DNA from: a virus
Taxonomy: Duplodnaviria > Heunggongvirae > Uroviricota > Caudoviricetes
Length of the DNA: 41,535 nucleotides
Virus record (IMG/VR): IMGVR_UViG_2531839448_000006
Reading direction: 5' to 3' (one strand)
The position numbers were made by a program, and so were the translations under genes. Of the stretch, positions 1 through 9,749 are shown in pieces; within the stretch, counting starts at the first letter, position 1, and each line of letters starts with the position of its first letter. The notes under the pieces are model-generated. The model worked only from the letters and a program-made list of their open reading frames with translations, made no database searches and was not told where the DNA came from.

Positions 1-774
1 TTACAACTTAAAGAGTTTCGCTTGCCCTGGATTAACAGCTTCGACGTAGTTTTTGACCCCTATTCTGTGCGGCTCATAATTGCTTGAATAGAAATCAATC
101 AGGAAGTCACTCATTTTCTGAGATGTGACTTTCATAACTCCCTTACTCAAAGTTAAATTAAACACGCTAATCTTTGACGATGGTGCCTGAGTTTTACTCA
201 TGTTGGCTTGATAACCAGATTTGCGCATTGCCACTAGTGCTTCGTCGTAAGCCGCTTGTAATTGGGCCAAATCGTTTGACGAGATGATCACATCATCCAT
301 AAACACACTTAGCTTGAGATCATGATGTTTGTTCAATCGGCGTAGTAAGCTACCAAAATAACTTTTATCTAAGCAGAGGGTTGCAAGTATTGGAGATTGA
401 ACAAAACCAAAAGGGAGGACATGCTTATGTGGACTATGGGACAAGTTTCTTACAGTTGAAAATGTTGAGATTTCCCGCGCTTGAGAATAGGTGAAGTAGC
501 TCTTTAGATCACGGGTGATACGACTACGGCTCGTTGACTGAAAAAATTGTTTAATATCAACAACGGCAAAAAAATCACTTTTTAAGTGTAATCTGGCAGC
601 TTTAAGATGCCCACCAGTTCTTAGATGGTAAAAATAGAGTGGCGGAATCCACTTGTTTCTGACAGCCTGAAGTATCTTCCCTCCGACTTTACGTGCCTCA
701 ACGCTTGGGACATAAACCCAAACCCCGGGCTTAATCTCAAATTTATCTTCCCACCTTTGAACTTCTATTGTCAT
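1..774 (-). CDS. Reverse transcriptase-domain protein, compact (257 aa)
   Basis: Translation shows RT motif A (FFAVVDIKQFF), motif B (LPFGFVQSPILATL) and motif C (FMDD, DD codons near 292-297). ATG at 772-774 with an in-frame stop one codon upstream; stop codon at 1-3, so 257 aa is full length in this sequence. Motif spacing resembles retron-type RTs but no VTG motif seen. Confidence 0.75.
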   Translation of the reverse strand: MTIEVQRWEDKFEIKPGVWVYVPSVEARKVGGKILQAVRNKWIPPLYFYHLRTGGHLKAARLHLKSDFFAVVDIKQFFQSTSRSRITRDLKSYFTYSQAREISTFSTVRNLSHSPHKHVLPFGFVQSPILATLCLDKSYFGSLLRRLNKHHDLKLSVFMDDVIISSNDLAQLQAAYDEALVAMRKSGYQANMSKTQAPSSKISVFNLTLSKGVMKVTSQKMSDFLIDFYSSNYEPHRIGVKNYVEAVNPGQAKLFKL

Positions 775-916
775 GAGTTAAATTGCTGTAGTTGAAGGCC
801 ATGTTAAGAACGGCGTAAACCGCACCAACTAAGCCAACAAACGCGGTTGCGCATTTGAGCATAGCGGTGATCAGTTCAACACGCGCCTTAACTAAGCCAA
901 GTTCGTTTGTATCCAT
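743..916 (-). CDS. Small hydrophobic protein (about 57 aa) immediately upstream of and overlapping the RT gene
   Basis: ORF-track frame 743..931; internal ATG at 914-916 is preceded by GGAGG at 7-nt spacing. Product contains one long hydrophobic stretch (LITAMLKCATAFVGLVGAVYAVLNMAF). Overlaps RT start by 32 nt. Could alternatively be non-coding (ncRNA region). Confidence 0.35.
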   Translation of the reverse strand: MDTNELGLVKARVELITAMLKCATAFVGLVGAVYAVLNMAFNYSNLTHDNRSSKVGR

Positions 917-1099
917 AACTTGTTCCTCCATAGATACCTGACGTCTCTTAGCGCAAGCGCATGGCCCTAACTAAATAAAAAATAACAACCAGTTAGCCCA
1001 GAAAGCTTAACAAGTCGGCGTCCGATTACATGGCAATCAGGTAATCGGTCCGCAGTCGCAAAGCGACAAACTACATATCTACGGAGTGGGGATAAATCC

Positions 1100-2438
1100 C
1101 ATAAGCGCTAACTTAAGGGTTGTGGTATTACGCCTGATATGATTTAACGTGCCGATGAATTACTCTCACGATAACTGGTCAGCAATTCTGGCCCATATTG
1201 GTAAGCCCGAAGAACTGGATACTTCGGCACGTAATGCCGGGGCTCTAACCCGCCGCCGCGAAATTCGTGATGCTGCAACTCTGCTACGTCTGGGGCTGGC
1301 TTACGGCCCCGGGGGGATGTCATTACGTGAAGTCACTGCATGGGCTCAGCTCCATGACGTTGCAACATTATCTGACGTGGCTCTCCTGAAGCGGCTGCGG
1401 AATGCCGCCGACTGGTTTGGCATACTTGCCGCACAAACACTTGCTGTACGCGCCGCAGTTACGGGTTGTACAAGCGGAAAGAGATTGCGTCTTGTCGATG
1501 GAACAGCAATCAGTGCGCCCGGGGGCGGCAGCGCTGAATGGCGACTACATATGGGATATGATCCTCATACCTGTCAGTTCACTGATTTTGAGCTAACCGA
1601 CAGCAGAGACGCTGAACGGCTGGACCGATTTGCGCAAACGGCAGACGAGATACGCATTGCTGACCGGGGATTCGGTTCGCGTCCCGAATGTATCCGCTCA
1701 CTTGCTTTTGGAGAAGCTGATTATATCGTCCGGGTTCACTGGCGAGGATTGCGCTGGTTAACTGCAGAAGGAATGCGCTTTGACATGATGGGTTTTCTGC
1801 GCGGGCTGGATTGCGGTAAGAACGGTGAAACCACTGTAATGATAGGCAATTCAGGTAATAAAAAAGCCGGAGCTCCCTTTCCGGCACGTCTCATTGCCGT
1901 ATCACTTCCTCCCGAAAAAGCATTAATCAGTAAAACCCGACTGCTCAGCGAGAATCGTCGAAAAGGACGAGTAGTTCAGGCGGAAACGCTGGAAGCAGCG
2001 GGCCATGTGCTATTGCTAACATCATTACCGGAAGATGAATATTCAGCAGAGCAAGTGGCTGATTGTTACCGTCTGCGATGGCAAATTGAACTGGCTTTTA
2101 AGCGGCTCAAAAGTTTGCTGCACCTGGATGCTTTGCGTGCAAAGGAACCTGAACTCGCGAAAGCGTGGATATTTGCTAATCTACTCGCCGCATTTTTAAT
2201 TGACGACATAATCCAGCCATCGCTGGATTTCCCCCCCAGAAGTGCCGGATCCGAAAAGAAGAACTAACTCGTTGTGGAGAATAACAAAAATGGTCATCTG
2301 GAGCTTACAGGTGGCCATTCGTGGGACAGTATCCCTGACAGCCTACAAAACGCAATTGAAGAACGCGAGGCATCGTCTTAACGAGGCACCGAGGCGTCGC
2401 ATTCTTCAGATGGTTCAACCCTTAAGTTAGCGCTTATG
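1100..2438 (+). mobile_element. IS186 (IS4 family) insertion sequence, intact
   Basis: Perfect 23-bp terminal inverted repeats CATAAGCGCTAACTTAAGGGTTG at 1100-1122 and 2416-2438 (reverse complement). Flanking 10-bp direct repeat GGATAAATCC at 1090-1099 and 2439-2448 (target-site duplication). Element length about 1.34 kb, single transposase ORF. Confidence 0.9.
1155..2267 (+). CDS. insL: IS186 transposase
   Basis: 372-aa ORF (track 1149..2267, GTG at 1149; ATG at 1155) recognised from memory as the IS186/IS4-family transposase (MNYSHDNWSAILAHIGKPEEL...). Confidence 0.9.
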   Translation: MNYSHDNWSAILAHIGKPEELDTSARNAGALTRRREIRDAATLLRLGLAYGPGGMSLREVTAWAQLHDVATLSDVALLKRLRNAADWFGILAAQTLAVRAAVTGCTSGKRLRLVDGTAISAPGGGSAEWRLHMGYDPHTCQFTDFELTDSRDAERLDRFAQTADEIRIADRGFGSRPECIRSLAFGEADYIVRVHWRGLRWLTAEGMRFDMMGFLRGLDCGKNGETTVMIGNSGNKKAGAPFPARLIAVSLPPEKALISKTRLLSENRRKGRVVQAETLEAAGHVLLLTSLPEDEYSAEQVADCYRLRWQIELAFKRLKSLLHLDALRAKEPELAKAWIFANLLAAFLIDDIIQPSLDFPPRSAGSEKKN

Positions 2439-2526
2439 GGATAAATCCCCGCTAACGTCAGGCATTGTTAATTTAACCTCAACTTATAGAAAAGTATAGT
2501 TTTAAATCATGTAGTTATGTCGCCAT

Positions 2527-2745
2527 TTAAATCGGCAAACCCACCTGTTTAAATTTATGAGGATGCGGCTGAACCGGATTTGACTCTTTTGGCGTTGCAA
2601 TCGAACGAACAAAAGTTTCATGGGTAACAAAAGTATGGCTGCAGTTAATGTTCTGGCACTGGTTGTAACGCTCTTTGGTCAATGAAGATACCTGAAAACT
2701 GCTGCGAGTATGGGCGGCACTTCCACACAGTGGGCAAATCATCAT
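2527..2745 (-). CDS. ogr: Late gene transcriptional activator Ogr (zinc-finger)
   Basis: CPLCGSAAH...C..C zinc-finger pattern and close similarity to P2 Ogr (recalled); 72 aa if started at ATG 2743-2745; position after gene D as in P2. Confidence 0.85.
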   Translation of the reverse strand: MMICPLCGSAAHTRSSFQVSSLTKERYNQCQNINCSHTFVTHETFVRSIATPKESNPVQPHPHKFKQVGLPI

Positions 2746-2835
2746 TTTTCGAGTTCTCCCCATTTTTGCTAAATTCACAATAATGATATCGCATTATTCC
2801 ATTTTTCAAACTTAAAAGTTCTCCATTGTAAAGAA

Positions 2836-3936
2836 TCATTCCATTTCGAGATCATCAACCTTCACTTCAAGCTCAAGACTGGTCGTAAAACCATTATCCG
2901 GGCTGACGGTATGTGTCAGAGTCGTAATGGTCCATTCCGCATCATCTATCGGCTGTTTAAAGCCACTGACTTTCACTGGCATTTCCGTGTAGAGATCTGC
3001 CCGCCCTTCCGCCAGTTGTAGCGAGAATGACGCAACGCCGCGTTGCAGGCGTTCCCACTGCATTTTCGCTGCCCGTTCGGCGTTACTCCGATTGGCATAG
3101 GTGCGATTGAGTACCAGCACGTTTTCATCCGTACCCACCAGGTAATCGCCCTGCTTCGCTTCCGGCTCTTTCTTCTGATTCTTCGTTCTGCGCTTACGCT
3201 TCACCGTAGTGCTTTCTTTCTTCGCGGGTTCGCGGGTATGCAACCAGCTGGCAATTACGCCCGTGTAGGCTCCGCGATCTGCCAGGGTAAAGCGGTGACT
3301 GTCGCCGTCCTTGCGTGTGATAGTGATCACCGGCAGTGGTTTACCGCTGGCGCTTTTACCCTGTCCCTGCCGGATGAATAACAGATTGCCATTTTTCACC
3401 GACGCAATAGCACCGTACTGGCGCGCCAGCCGCATCAGAAAACTGCCGTCACTCTCATTGGTCTGGTCTATATGTTCCACGGGCTTATCCGACAGGTCTT
3501 TACCCAGTGCCATCTTCAGCTTATGCCGCGAGGCTATTTCCTTCACCACTTCCCCAACGGTGGTCTTGTGCCACGACTTTTCACGGCGGGTATTCAGCGT
3601 TTCACGAAAATCAGCACTTCGCGCCCGGATAGTCAGGCGGTCCGGTGCGCCAGTGTGTTCAATCTCGTCCACCGTGAATGCCCCTTTAGGGAAAAGCGGC
3701 TGCCCCTTCCAGCCCAGCGCCAGCGTAATGACCGCACCACGGCGCGGCAGCACGATTTTTCCGTCGGCGTCGTCCAGCTCCAGATCAAGCTGGTCCGCTT
3801 CAAAGCCCCGATTGTCCGTCAGAGTCAAACTCATCAGGCGGTTATCCAGCACAGTGTTGATATCCCTGCCCTCAATACTGATGCTGAATGCGGGAGTTTT
3901 GTTGCCTTTGTTAAGCAGTTCAGAGCTGAAATTCAC
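2836..3936 (-). CDS. D: Tail protein D
   Basis: 366-aa product similar to P2 gpD (recalled); position between U and ogr. Confidence 0.85.
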   Translation of the reverse strand: MNFSSELLNKGNKTPAFSISIEGRDINTVLDNRLMSLTLTDNRGFEADQLDLELDDADGKIVLPRRGAVITLALGWKGQPLFPKGAFTVDEIEHTGAPDRLTIRARSADFRETLNTRREKSWHKTTVGEVVKEIASRHKLKMALGKDLSDKPVEHIDQTNESDGSFLMRLARQYGAIASVKNGNLLFIRQGQGKSASGKPLPVITITRKDGDSHRFTLADRGAYTGVIASWLHTREPAKKESTTVKRKRRTKNQKKEPEAKQGDYLVGTDENVLVLNRTYANRSNAERAAKMQWERLQRGVASFSLQLAEGRADLYTEMPVKVSGFKQPIDDAEWTITTLTHTVSPDNGFTTSLELEVKVDDLEME

Positions 3937-4418
3937 GACAGCAGCCCTCCCACCGTTTTACTGATATCACTTAAGGCAGATGTTGCCGTGTCCTGCAGAT
4001 TATTCAGCTGCGTACTGAGATCACCGAACATATCGGACAGGGATTCATCCACCCGTTTGAGCGACAGGGTGAACTCAATCCGGCGCGGCATACCGTCGCG
4101 GAAAAACTCCGTTTTAGTCAGATTCAGTCCCTCAATCACATACATGCCGTAAATCGTGCCGCTGCCTTCAATCAGGGGCCATGCTTTTCCCTGTTCTGCC
4201 ATCTGCTCCAGAGCCAGCAACGACAGCCTGCCGCCCGTTATCTCCGGCATAAGAACACCAGAAAGCGTCAGCATGTCGTTGTCCGGTCCCAGAAACTGCG
4301 TGGACGGACGACGGTTTACCCGGCTGTTTGCCGCATGTCGCCAGCTGCGTTGATACTGCAGTTCCTGATACGGAACGGTGCGCAGCATAAACACGTACAA
4401 TCCCAGCACCATCATCAT
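3933..4418 (-). CDS. U: Tail protein U
   Basis: 161 aa, P2 gpU-like; overlaps D start and T stop by 4 nt. Confidence 0.85.
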   Translation of the reverse strand: MMMVLGLYVFMLRTVPYQELQYQRSWRHAANSRVNRRPSTQFLGPDNDMLTLSGVLMPEITGGRLSLLALEQMAEQGKAWPLIEGSGTIYGMYVIEGLNLTKTEFFRDGMPRRIEFTLSLKRVDESLSDMFGDLSTQLNNLQDTATSALSDISKTVGGLLS

Positions 4419-7400
4419 GCGTCGTATCCCCCCTGATCGCTGTAGTTACTCCTGGCTTTTGCCTTCAGCCTGCGTTCACGTTCATCAAGCTGGCGTGCCA
4501 CCTCCCGCGCAATATCCTGCGCACTTTGTCCTGGCTGCGTCTGAATGATGATCTGCGTCGGTGCCTCAATCCGGTGAACGGGCGGCACAGTGGCTGCACG
4601 ACTCACCATCGCTTCGCCGCCTTTCGCGGGAAGTGCCAAAGGATGCAACGGTGGAAGCTCTGCAGGCGCGGCAGCAACGCCCATCATTCCGGCAACAACG
4701 GCAGCCAGTGCAGCTGTATTTCTCCGGCTGGTCACATTTGCCGGGCCGTTAACAATTTCCGGCCCGTTTTCACCGACGATGCCAAACTGCCCGCGCGGGA
4801 TATAGCCGCCGCTGTCATACATCCCCGCAAAGCCATATCCCCATGACGGAAAACCACCCGATGGCATCATCACTTTACCGTCTGCATTCACCGTCGCAGG
4901 TTGCTGACGCGTCACTCTTTCCGGCAATTTCGCCTTTGCAGCCTCTTTACTGACAATGCCGAGTTTCTCCAGCAACCAGGAAACGCCGGATTTCAGGGAG
5001 TCCAGCGGATGCATGACCATATTCAGCCCTTCCGCCAGTGCCTCCCCGAATCGTCGCCCCATTGCCGCTGCGCTCTGCAGTTCGGCAGAGGTCGACTTAA
5101 CGGGCGTCAGCAGATCAGTAAACCAGCCCCACAACGCCTGCACTTTGTCGCCAATCCACTGAAACACAGGCTTAAGTGGTTCGAATGCTGCACTGATGGG
5201 ACCTGCCGCCGCTTTGAATCCTTCCACCACACCAGCGAGAAATGCGGTGATGGGTTGCCAGTATTTCCAGACAACCAGCGCCACGCCCGCCAGTGCAGTA
5301 ACCACAAGACCTATCGGACTGAGCAGAGCACCTAACAGACCCGATATGGCATACAGGGCAACGCGCAGCATCGCCAGCGGACCGGATGCCAGTACTCGCA
5401 GCACCGCGCCTGCGGCAGCCAGTCCACCGCGTAGTGCTGCCAGTGGATTCATAAACATCACAGCAACAGCACGTAAACCGGATAATCCAGACCGCAACAG
5501 TGCAACCGGCACACCTACTACAGTTTTCAGGACATTCCCCGTCAGTGATGCCGTGCGGCGCAAAGACGACAACGGCGCAGTAAGTAAACCCGCTGCGTTG
5601 CCCGATGAAGCAAGCCCGCGTCGCAGCAGTGCCAGTGGAGCGCCAGCTAACCAGGACAACGCGCTGCTGGTTCGTGTTACTGCTGCCGTAACGGAAGGTA
5701 ACGTTTTGATACCCAGCACAGAGAATCCCAGACGGATGACTGCCAGCGGCCCCAGCACTGCAGCCAGCGCCACCACTAAGGTGCCGAGGCCTACGGTAAC
5801 CGCAGCCACAACAGCCGCTACTTTCATCAGTGTGCCTGTCAGTTCCGGGTTAGCTTCCACCCAGCGGCGCAACGCCCCCGTGATGCTTTTCACCGTGTAC
5901 AGAATATCCATCAGCGGCTGGCGCAGCGTTTCGCCCAGGCTGCTGAAGGTGTTCTGCGCTCCGGTTTTGACCAGTAACCACTGAGCAGAAAGTGAGTCCT
6001 TATTGATGTCGGATTCTTTCTGCATGGAGCCGAGCGCATCATTGCCCGCTGTCAGTTTTAACTGACGCTGCAGTTCCGGCAGGTTGTTTGCCAGTTTCGC
6101 CGCGTCATCGCCAAACTCTTTACCAAACAACATGGTCATGGCAGACAGACGCTTGTCCTGCGGCAGTGCGTTCACCTTCTCCAGCACACGCTGGATAGTT
6201 CCCATCGCATCCTTCGTCATCTGCTTTTCAATCACTTCAGGATTGAGTTTCAGCAGATTCATCCCTTCAAAGAAACTCTTGCTCTGCATGGTGGCAATGG
6301 ACAATTCACGCACCATCGCGTTTGCTGCACTGGCTGCAACCTCCGGCGCAGCGCCCAGTGTCAGGAAGGTGGAACCCAGCACCGCCGCTTTACGATAATC
6401 CAGACGGTCAGCCACACCGCCCAGACGTTGCATCACATCAATGATGTCCGCCCCTTTCGACATGGCGTTATCATCCAGATAGTTCAGCGCATCGCCGAGC
6501 TGTTCAATATTGCGGGTTGGTATTTTGTAGAGCTGGGCGATTTTCCCCAGACTTTCTGACAGTTCATCCGCTGGCAGCTCAAAGGCTGTTGCCGCCTTTG
6601 CTGCCGTACTGGCGAAGGCCAGCAGGTCACGTTTCTGGTCTTCCCAGCTGTCGTCAGGGTTTGCGACGTTCATGCGCGCACCACCTTCAACCAGTGCAGC
6701 GAAGTCCACCGCACCGTTTTCCATCGGCAACTGTTCGCTGGCAGCCTTGATGGCATCCTGCATTTCATAAAAACGTGCAGTGCGGTTGCCATTATCGTCA
6801 CGCAGACCATTGACCTGCTTTGCCACACCTTTCATGGCATCTTCCATGCTGGTATAGCTTTTTACTGCCGCCATCACTGGCGCACCCATTGCCAGCCCTG
6901 CAGCCGTGGTAGTGGCTCCGGCTCCTGCGATGCGATCGCGCACTTCAAGCCGTCTTGAGTATTGTTCTCTGGCAGCGTTCATCCGTGCCTGTTGTTCACC
7001 CAGACGTTTAAGTGCTTTTTGCTGGCCCTCCAGTGCCTGCCTTGTTTCTTCAGCATTTTTCTTAAGTTCTCGCTGGGCACTACTGAGTTGTCTGGTATCA
7101 ATCCCTGATTCTTTAAGTGCCTGACGTTGTCTCTGGACCGCCCCCAACAAGCCGTTATAGGTCTGCTGAAGTTCCTGTACTCGTGTTTTGGCCTGACTGA
7201 ATAACTTTGCCTGCGCGGCGGTTGGCCTGTTAGTGGCAGCAAATTGTGTGGCGAGTTTTGCCGCCTCTTCGCGGGCTGCGTTCAGGTTGTTGGCTGTTAT
7301 GGCTAGTTGCGAGCGCGTCTTGCGAAATTCATCAATTCTGCCAGCCTGCTTATTCAGTTCTTTGAGGCTGTTTCGGGTATTCTGAATTGCGCCAGCCAGC

Positions 7401-7492
7401 TCTTTCGAACTGGCCTGTGCAGCACGGAATGGGCGGGTGAGTTTGTCAACCGCATTAAGAATGACCTGCAGGCGCAGGTTATTATCACTCAT
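4415..7492 (-). CDS. T: Tail tape measure protein
   Basis: 1025-aa product, Ala/Leu-rich coiled-coil N-terminal half and Gly/Ala-rich hydrophobic segments typical of tape measure proteins; position after E/E'. Confidence 0.85.
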   Translation of the reverse strand: MSDNNLRLQVILNAVDKLTRPFRAAQASSKELAGAIQNTRNSLKELNKQAGRIDEFRKTRSQLAITANNLNAAREEAAKLATQFAATNRPTAAQAKLFSQAKTRVQELQQTYNGLLGAVQRQRQALKESGIDTRQLSSAQRELKKNAEETRQALEGQQKALKRLGEQQARMNAAREQYSRRLEVRDRIAGAGATTTAAGLAMGAPVMAAVKSYTSMEDAMKGVAKQVNGLRDDNGNRTARFYEMQDAIKAASEQLPMENGAVDFAALVEGGARMNVANPDDSWEDQKRDLLAFASTAAKAATAFELPADELSESLGKIAQLYKIPTRNIEQLGDALNYLDDNAMSKGADIIDVMQRLGGVADRLDYRKAAVLGSTFLTLGAAPEVAASAANAMVRELSIATMQSKSFFEGMNLLKLNPEVIEKQMTKDAMGTIQRVLEKVNALPQDKRLSAMTMLFGKEFGDDAAKLANNLPELQRQLKLTAGNDALGSMQKESDINKDSLSAQWLLVKTGAQNTFSSLGETLRQPLMDILYTVKSITGALRRWVEANPELTGTLMKVAAVVAAVTVGLGTLVVALAAVLGPLAVIRLGFSVLGIKTLPSVTAAVTRTSSALSWLAGAPLALLRRGLASSGNAAGLLTAPLSSLRRTASLTGNVLKTVVGVPVALLRSGLSGLRAVAVMFMNPLAALRGGLAAAGAVLRVLASGPLAMLRVALYAISGLLGALLSPIGLVVTALAGVALVVWKYWQPITAFLAGVVEGFKAAAGPISAAFEPLKPVFQWIGDKVQALWGWFTDLLTPVKSTSAELQSAAAMGRRFGEALAEGLNMVMHPLDSLKSGVSWLLEKLGIVSKEAAKAKLPERVTRQQPATVNADGKVMMPSGGFPSWGYGFAGMYDSGGYIPRGQFGIVGENGPEIVNGPANVTSRRNTAALAAVVAGMMGVAAAPAELPPLHPLALPAKGGEAMVSRAATVPPVHRIEAPTQIIIQTQPGQSAQDIAREVARQLDERERRLKAKARSNYSDQGGYDA

Positions 7493-7921
7493 CGTTGGCC
7501 CCGCTTCTCTGAATCGCTTTATACCGCCATTCCAGCACTTCGGTCAGCGGCATAACGTCAGTAACGGATGGCGGCCAGTGAAAGATGGTGGCGATATCAG
7601 CCACCAGATCGTCAACCGTCAGGCTGTCGGTAAACCGGCAAGTACCGACTTCTTCAACAAAAAAGTGACAACCTCAACCGACATAGCGGTGAGATCTGCC
7701 GGGTCCATCTCTGCAATTTCCTGTGCAGTCAGTGCCGGGCTGGAGATGCGGGGGATCACGGTCATCATCGCGTTCACATCCATATCCATAATAGCCTGCA
7801 GGCGTGTACCGCGCAGTGCACCGGACTGCGGTTTACGCAGCACAATTTCGGTGATTTCCGTTTTACCGCGCTTGATAGGGGTATCCAGTTGAATGGTCTT
7901 TTCAGTCTGCTTATCGCTCAT
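7485..7921 (-). CDS. E': E+E' tail chaperone, product of programmed -1 frameshift
   Basis: Slippery heptamer T TTT TTG on the minus strand at 7658-7664 in the E zero frame; -1 frame remains open to a TGA at about 7485-7487 overlapping the T start codon, giving about 145 aa (P2 E+E' is about 142 aa). Confidence 0.65.
7619..7921 (-). CDS. E: Tail assembly chaperone E
   Basis: 100-aa ORF at the P2 gene E position, directly upstream of T. Confidence 0.8.
   Translation of the reverse strand: MSDKQTEKTIQLDTPIKRGKTEITEIVLRKPQSGALRGTRLQAIMDMDVNAMMTVIPRISSPALTAQEIAEMDPADLTAMSVEVVTFLLKKSVLAGLPTA
7658..7664 (-). other. Programmed -1 ribosomal frameshift slippery site (TTTTTTG)
   Basis: Heptamer in X XXY YYZ register within the E reading frame, verified by back-translation of E C-terminus (VTFLLKK). 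Confidence 0.65.
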
Positions 7922-7975
7922 TTTTCTGTCCTGTAAATTGGGTTCTGGCGCGGAATCCCGCGCCGTTCAGATACA

Positions 7976-8491
7976 TCAGAGGCCGAGGGCGTTGCGGTGC
8001 GCTTCCATCAGGTCCACGCCGTCCACAATTTCCACCATGTTGATAAGGTCCACTTCATAGAGCACCTCACCATTGATAGTCAGCTTCGCGTAGCTGTTGG
8101 TACTGGTCACTTTGGTGGTGTTGCTTTCGCCCGTCTTCCACTCGCCGGAATCCACTTCTTTGTGACGTCCACGCACCACAAGCTCCACGGCCTGCACTTC
8201 CCCGGTATCGTCACGCTGAATAGAGCCGGTAAAGCGCAACTGGATACCATCCACCGTGGCTTTGCCCATCTGCTTAAACAGCAGCAGTTCAGTACCACCA
8301 ATGGAAAATTCTGTGTCCAGCGCACTATCATCCAGCCCCAGATCCACATCCACTGCACCCGGCATTCCGCCACCGCGATACTTCTCATATTTGCGGGTGA
8401 ATTTCGGCAGCGTCAGCGACTCAACGATCCCCTGCCAGTTGTTCCCGTCGTTAAACAGGTTCAGGTGTTTTAATTTGCGTGGTAAAGCCAT
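7976..8491 (-). CDS. FII: Tail tube protein FII
   Basis: 171 aa, P2 gpFII-like; follows sheath gene. Confidence 0.9.
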   Translation of the reverse strand: MALPRKLKHLNLFNDGNNWQGIVESLTLPKFTRKYEKYRGGGMPGAVDVDLGLDDSALDTEFSIGGTELLLFKQMGKATVDGIQLRFTGSIQRDDTGEVQAVELVVRGRHKEVDSGEWKTGESNTTKVTSTNSYAKLTINGEVLYEVDLINMVEIVDGVDLMEAHRNALGL

Positions 8492-8500
8492 GTTGTCCCC

Positions 8501-9673
8501 TTACGCGCTGACCTGGCTGGAGAAATTCACCAGGTACTGATCGGTGATGCGCTGACGCAGCATCAGGTTTTCAAGTGGCGGCACTGGTGTGTAGTCGTAG
8601 TCGATGGTGAGTTTTCCAGCTTTCAGAGTGTCTTTGTCGTTCACCGACTCATCCAGCCAGCAATCGCCACCAATGAGATAGCCCTGACTGATCAGGCTGC
8701 GCATTTTGGCGCGGATACCTTCGATAATGTCGCGGGCCAGCGACGGATTCAGCGGTTTGTCGACCGCCCACATTGGCGCTTCTGCCATCGTGTCCATCAG
8801 CACCTGCGCCGTGCGGGTGTAGTTTTCGAAGGCAAAGAGTGGGTCATCACTCAGGCAGCGGGAACCCCAGAAGCGAAAGCCGTCTTTGCGGATAAGTGTG
8901 GTAACATCGTTCTGGTTAAGCAGTCCCGCATCAGTTGCCGGGTCCTGCAGATCCCAGAACACATCAGCAGAAATTCCGGTGACACCGTTCACGCCCACGT
9001 TGGACAGGCTTTTGTGCCACCCTGTCTGCTCATCAATTTTGGCACGCAGACCAAGCGCACGGGCGGTGGCATATGCCGTTGCGTCGGCATTCAGCACCGT
9101 GTCCCAGCCAGTAAAGTCAGGCCAGATCAGCATCCCTTCACGCTGACTGAAGTTTTCACGGTAAGTGATCGCCTCCTGCACCGTCTTGCAGCCATACGCT
9201 GACAGGTAAGCAAACCCACGCAGGCTTTGCGCCACGCCCAGCAACTCAGTAGCAACGGCTTTATTATCGTGCCCCGGCACGCCGAGAATGCGCGGTTTAA
9301 CACCGAGCTGTGACTGGGCAGATAACAGGGCTTTCATACCAGTTTTTTTACCTTCAGCAGTCACTGCGCCGATGATATTGGTCGTGGTTTCTTCTTCCGT
9401 TTCACCCTGCGGCACACGCACAACAACGGTCACGGGTTTTGCCTGGTCAGCGATGGCATCCAGCGAACGGGCCAGCGTACCGGATTCACCCGCCTTACCG
9501 CTGGCAGTAAGCACATCAGTGATCAGCACGGGTTTATTAAGAGGGAACATTTTTGCATCGGCATCATCGCCCGTGCAGACCATGCCCACGATGGCGGTGC
9601 TCACCGTGGTAATGGATCGAGTGCCTTCGTTGACTTCAACAACGCGCACTCCGTGGTGGTAATCCTGAGCCAT
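8501..9673 (-). CDS. FI: Tail sheath protein FI
   Basis: 390 aa, N-terminus [19 protein letters not shown] closely resembles P2 gpFI (recalled). Confidence 0.9.
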   Translation of the reverse strand: MAQDYHHGVRVVEVNEGTRSITTVSTAIVGMVCTGDDADAKMFPLNKPVLITDVLTASGKAGESGTLARSLDAIADQAKPVTVVVRVPQGETEEETTTNIIGAVTAEGKKTGMKALLSAQSQLGVKPRILGVPGHDNKAVATELLGVAQSLRGFAYLSAYGCKTVQEAITYRENFSQREGMLIWPDFTGWDTVLNADATAYATARALGLRAKIDEQTGWHKSLSNVGVNGVTGISADVFWDLQDPATDAGLLNQNDVTTLIRKDGFRFWGSRCLSDDPLFAFENYTRTAQVLMDTMAEAPMWAVDKPLNPSLARDIIEGIRAKMRSLISQGYLIGGDCWLDESVNDKDTLKAGKLTIDYDYTPVPPLENLMLRQRITDQYLVNFSSQVSA

Positions 9674-9749
9674 AGTGGCGAACCTCCTGATTGGATTAGG
9701 CTTCGCCCTATGTTGAAGTGATTGTGTCTGACAAGCAGCTAAGCGCAGT

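Noticed and set aside
775-1097. Retron msr/msd ncRNA upstream of the RT
   Set aside because: Hairpins and short repeats are present but I could not identify the defining a1/a2 inverted repeats or a conserved branching-G context by eye; left as a hypothesis in the findings rather than a feature.
2441-2526. Prophage att core or tRNA gene next to ogr
   Set aside because: No tRNA-like structure and no convincing direct repeat shared with the int side (only short AT-rich similarities such as AACTTAT-GAAAA).
3311-4152. 217-aa and 226-aa plus-strand ORFs antisense to D and U
   Set aside because: Antisense to conserved tail genes; low-complexity Ser/Arg/Pro-rich products.
5196-5984. 262-aa plus-strand ORF and other long ORFs antisense to the tape measure gene (4526-7124)
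   Set aside because: Lie entirely antisense within a well-supported conserved gene; typical GC-rich antisense artefacts.
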